Source of the DNA: Candidatus Limnocylindrales bacterium
Lineage (GTDB): Bacteria > Chloroflexota > Limnocylindria > Limnocylindrales > CSP1-4
Assembly (NCBI GenBank): GCA_036558545.1
Contig: DATBFJ010000027.1
Location: forward strand, 946 to 64,945
DNA: 64,000 bases
Reading direction: 5' to 3'
The notes beneath the pieces are model-generated. The model was not told where the DNA came from. It was given only the letters and a program-made list of their open reading frames with translations, and did no database searches. Position numbers and translations under genes: made by a program. Below, in pieces: positions 62,170-64,000 of the stretch; position 1 is the first letter of the stretch; each line of letters opens with the position of its first letter.

Positions 62170-64000
62170 CGACCGAGGACCTCGCGCAGGTTGTCGACGA
62201 GCAGGAAGACGGCGAGGCCGACGATGCCGACGATGACGATTTCGGCGCTGTAGTTGATTACCAGCAGGGCGACTGCGATGAACGCGAGTATCAGGACCAG
62301 CCGCAGCGTCAACTGCGTCAGGCGCCGCCGGAATGCTGATTCGATCAAGAGGTAGCCGGCAAGCGCCACGGGAATCGCGGCCCACCACGGCAAGACCTCG
62401 AACCACACGAGCACGGCGACCGCGACGAGAAGCAATGCCGCGCTGACCGCGGACCAGATCTCGATGAACAGTCCGTGGCGGATCTCGTCGGGCGGCACTG
62501 GTCGATGAGGGTGCGTCAGATGGGCACGCGGATCGCCCAGATCGCCGGCAACGACGCGGATCCGCTCGCGGCGCGTTGCCGAGACCTGGTCGTCGATTGC
62601 GGCGCGTTCAGCGCGCAGCCTGCGCAGCTCGAGCTCGCCCGCTGTCAGCGCGGCTTCCCGCTTGCGGTGAAGCGCCTCCATCCCGCCATCCTCGGCCAGC
62701 GCCTGGACCTCGAGGGATAGTCCGGGCAGCGTGTCGGTCTGATCCTTGATCTTGCTGTCGAGGACATCGGCCTCGGAGTTGAGTTCCTGCTCGCGCGCCA
62801 GGAGCGTCTGTGGCCACTGGAAGGGCGGATCCGCCTTATCCAGGCCGGCGAAACCGAGGGGGTCCTGCCATGACAAGCGCTGCTCTCCGGAGCGGGCGTA
62901 CTTAGGGCCGGCGGGCGAACGTTCTCCGCCAAATCGGTCGTGTGTGTCCAGGCCAAACAGGCCACGGTAACCGTCGACCCAACCGTCAGCGTCGGAGATC
63001 AGGATCGGTGACCACGCACCATCGCCGCCCGGGCCAAGGGATGTGCCATCGCCGCGAGCGTAGTCGACGAAGGACGCCGAAAAGGTCGACTCGAGCTTTT
63101 TGGCCAGGTCGCCGGGATCCGGCTGGCGCAGCGAGTTGACCCAGAAGTTGCGACCAGCCTCGAGCAGTCCGACAACGCCGCGCAGCCCCGAGATCGGTGC
63201 GCTGGTCATGTACTCGCCCTGTTCGAAATACGTCGCGTGGGAACCGGCGCCGGCGAAAACGACCGGATGGTCACCGCTCTTGACGAACGTCGGGTCGTCC
63301 CAGCGCCGGCGCAGCTGATCGCCTATGTAGTCATGCGCGGCGGCCGCTATCCAGACCGGCTTCGGTCCACCGGGTGCGTCCTCGAGGTAGACGAATACCT
63401 GCTCCCAGTCCGCTTCGTGATCGTTCACGCCGTGGAACGTCGAGCGGTAGTCGTTCATGAAGTAGAAGTACAGGTACTGCAGGACGATCCAGCCGCGGCG
63501 GCGCACGACACGGCCGTAGTACACGTAGCGCGGATCCTTTTCACGAGCGGCGGCGTACTTGATCTGGGCCGCCGCGGCCGTGCCACCGGGGACCGTGCCG
63601 CGCAGCAGCAATGACACGTTGAAGCCCGCGTCGAGCAGCCGGCCGAAGAGCCCGACGCGGGCAAGGCGACCGGCTGCGCGGAAGCGCGGCCGGTCGCTGC
63701 GCACCTGCCAGCGCGCCAGCTCGAAGCCGTTCAGGGGTTTCTGTACGAGGCGCAGATAGAGCGATTTGCCCGGTTCGGCGATGTGCTCACCGAGGTTCTC
63801 GCGAGACAGCTCACCGGCCTGGGCCACGACTACCTGATCGCGCTGCGTCCGGCCCATGAGCATGTCGCAATCGGCCAGGTAGCTGTCGACCGCGGTGGGG
63901 AAGAACAACTCGCCCTGGTTGTAATGGACTATCGGCTCGTATTTCTGAAGCAATGCGAGATCGATCGGATCCTGGACTGTCTCGCCGGACGTGGAAAGAT
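62166..64000 (-). CDS. Vps62-like domain / coiled-coil / multi-TM hypothetical protein (frame open to the window edge)
   Basis: IVLQYLYFYFMNDYRSTFHGVNDHEADWEQVFVYLE resembles the Vps62 (DUF946-type) core. A coiled-coil segment follows (LLAREQELNSEADVLDSKIK...LRRLRAERAAIDDQ), then 3-4 C-terminal TM helices. The listed start (63953) is a TTG, and the frame stays open upstream to 64000, so the true N-terminus may lie outside the window. Confidence 0.65.
   Translation of the reverse strand, partial: LSTSGETVQDPIDLALLQKYEPIVHYNQGELFFPTAVDSYLADCDMLMGRTQRDQVVVAQAGELSRENLGEHIAEPGKSLYLRLVQKPLNGFELARWQVRSDRPRFRAAGRLARVGLFGRLLDAGFNVSLLLRGTVPGGTAAAAQIKYAAAREKDPRYVYYGRVVRRRGWIVLQYLYFYFMNDYRSTFHGVNDHEADWEQVFVYLEDAPGGPKPVWIAAAAHDYIGDQLRRRWDDPTFVKSGDHPVVFAGAGSHATYFEQGEYMTSAPISGLRGVVGLLEAGRNFWVNSLRQPDPGDLAKKLESTFSASFVDYARGDGTSLGPGGDGAWSPILISDADGWVDGYRGLFGLDTHDRFGGERSPAGPKYARSGEQRLSWQDPLGFAGLDKADPPFQWPQTLLAREQELNSEADVLDSKIKDQTDTLPGLSLEVQALAEDGGMEALHRKREAALTAGELELRRLRAERAAIDDQVSATRRERIRVVAGDLGDPRAHLTHPHRPVPPDEIRHGLFIEIWSAVSAALLLVAVAVLVWFEVLPWWAAIPVALAGYLLIESAFRRRLTQLTLRLVLILAFIAVALLVINYSAEIVIVGIVGLAVFLLVDNLREVLGR

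Noticed and set aside
1-64000. Search for CRISPR arrays, tRNA/rRNA genes, IS elements, integrases, phage genes and long direct or inverted repeats.
   Set aside because: Reading by eye, I recognised no spaced direct repeats, tRNA cloverleaf candidates in the few intergenic gaps, rRNA-like sequence, or transposase/integrase/recombinase-like ORFs. The glycan locus therefore shows no obvious mobile flanks within the window.

Overview
High-GC bacterial chromosomal segment, densely coding. I call 57 CDS and one candidate RNA leader. I found no tRNA, rRNA, CRISPR array, transposase or integrase. Many ORF-track entries are Arg/Pro/Gly-rich frame shadows of real genes. Many real genes start downstream of the listed Met, often at ATGA, GTGA or TTGA stop/start overlaps, which indicates long translationally coupled operons.

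Layout:
- 1-5150: DUF885 protein, an 896-aa methylase-like/zinc-ribbon/nuclease-like orphan, and a TPR protein.
- 5230-8032: structured leader, then a soluble MgtE-type Mg-sensing module (PRC-MgtE_N-CBS) coupled to an NRAMP transporter whose metal site resembles the Mg2+-transporting NRMT clade.
- 8033-11081: coupled polX-GNAT-CDF operon.
- 11108-41633: a ~30 kb Wzx/Wzy-type glycan locus. It holds ugd, a UDP-GlcA decarboxylase, a priming phosphotransferase, nine glycosyltransferases (three are tandem paralogs with TEDH in place of DxD), two Wzy_C proteins, Wzx, an LCP ligase and a GGDEF cyclase. It also holds an amidoligase-like module (two ATP-grasp paralogs, a CapK/PaaK-like adenylating enzyme, a PP-loop AsnB-like protein), five sulfotransferases and a dedicated APS kinase. 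I consider this predicted multiply sulfated, possibly amidated exopolysaccharide system the most novel content of the window.
- 41935-52142: one long minus-strand operon, ECF sigma - anti-sigma - accD - accA - lysine-less BCCP paralog - accC - fabZ - phosphoesterase - fabF - accB - fabH - osmC - fabG.
- 52313-64000: thrC-thrB-birA, a zinc-ribbon/cyclase/STAND-ATPase/TPR protein, trpS, an AI-2E transporter, surE, and a Vps62-like/coiled-coil/membrane protein that is open at the window edge.

All functional calls come from motif recognition by eye. No database searches were run.
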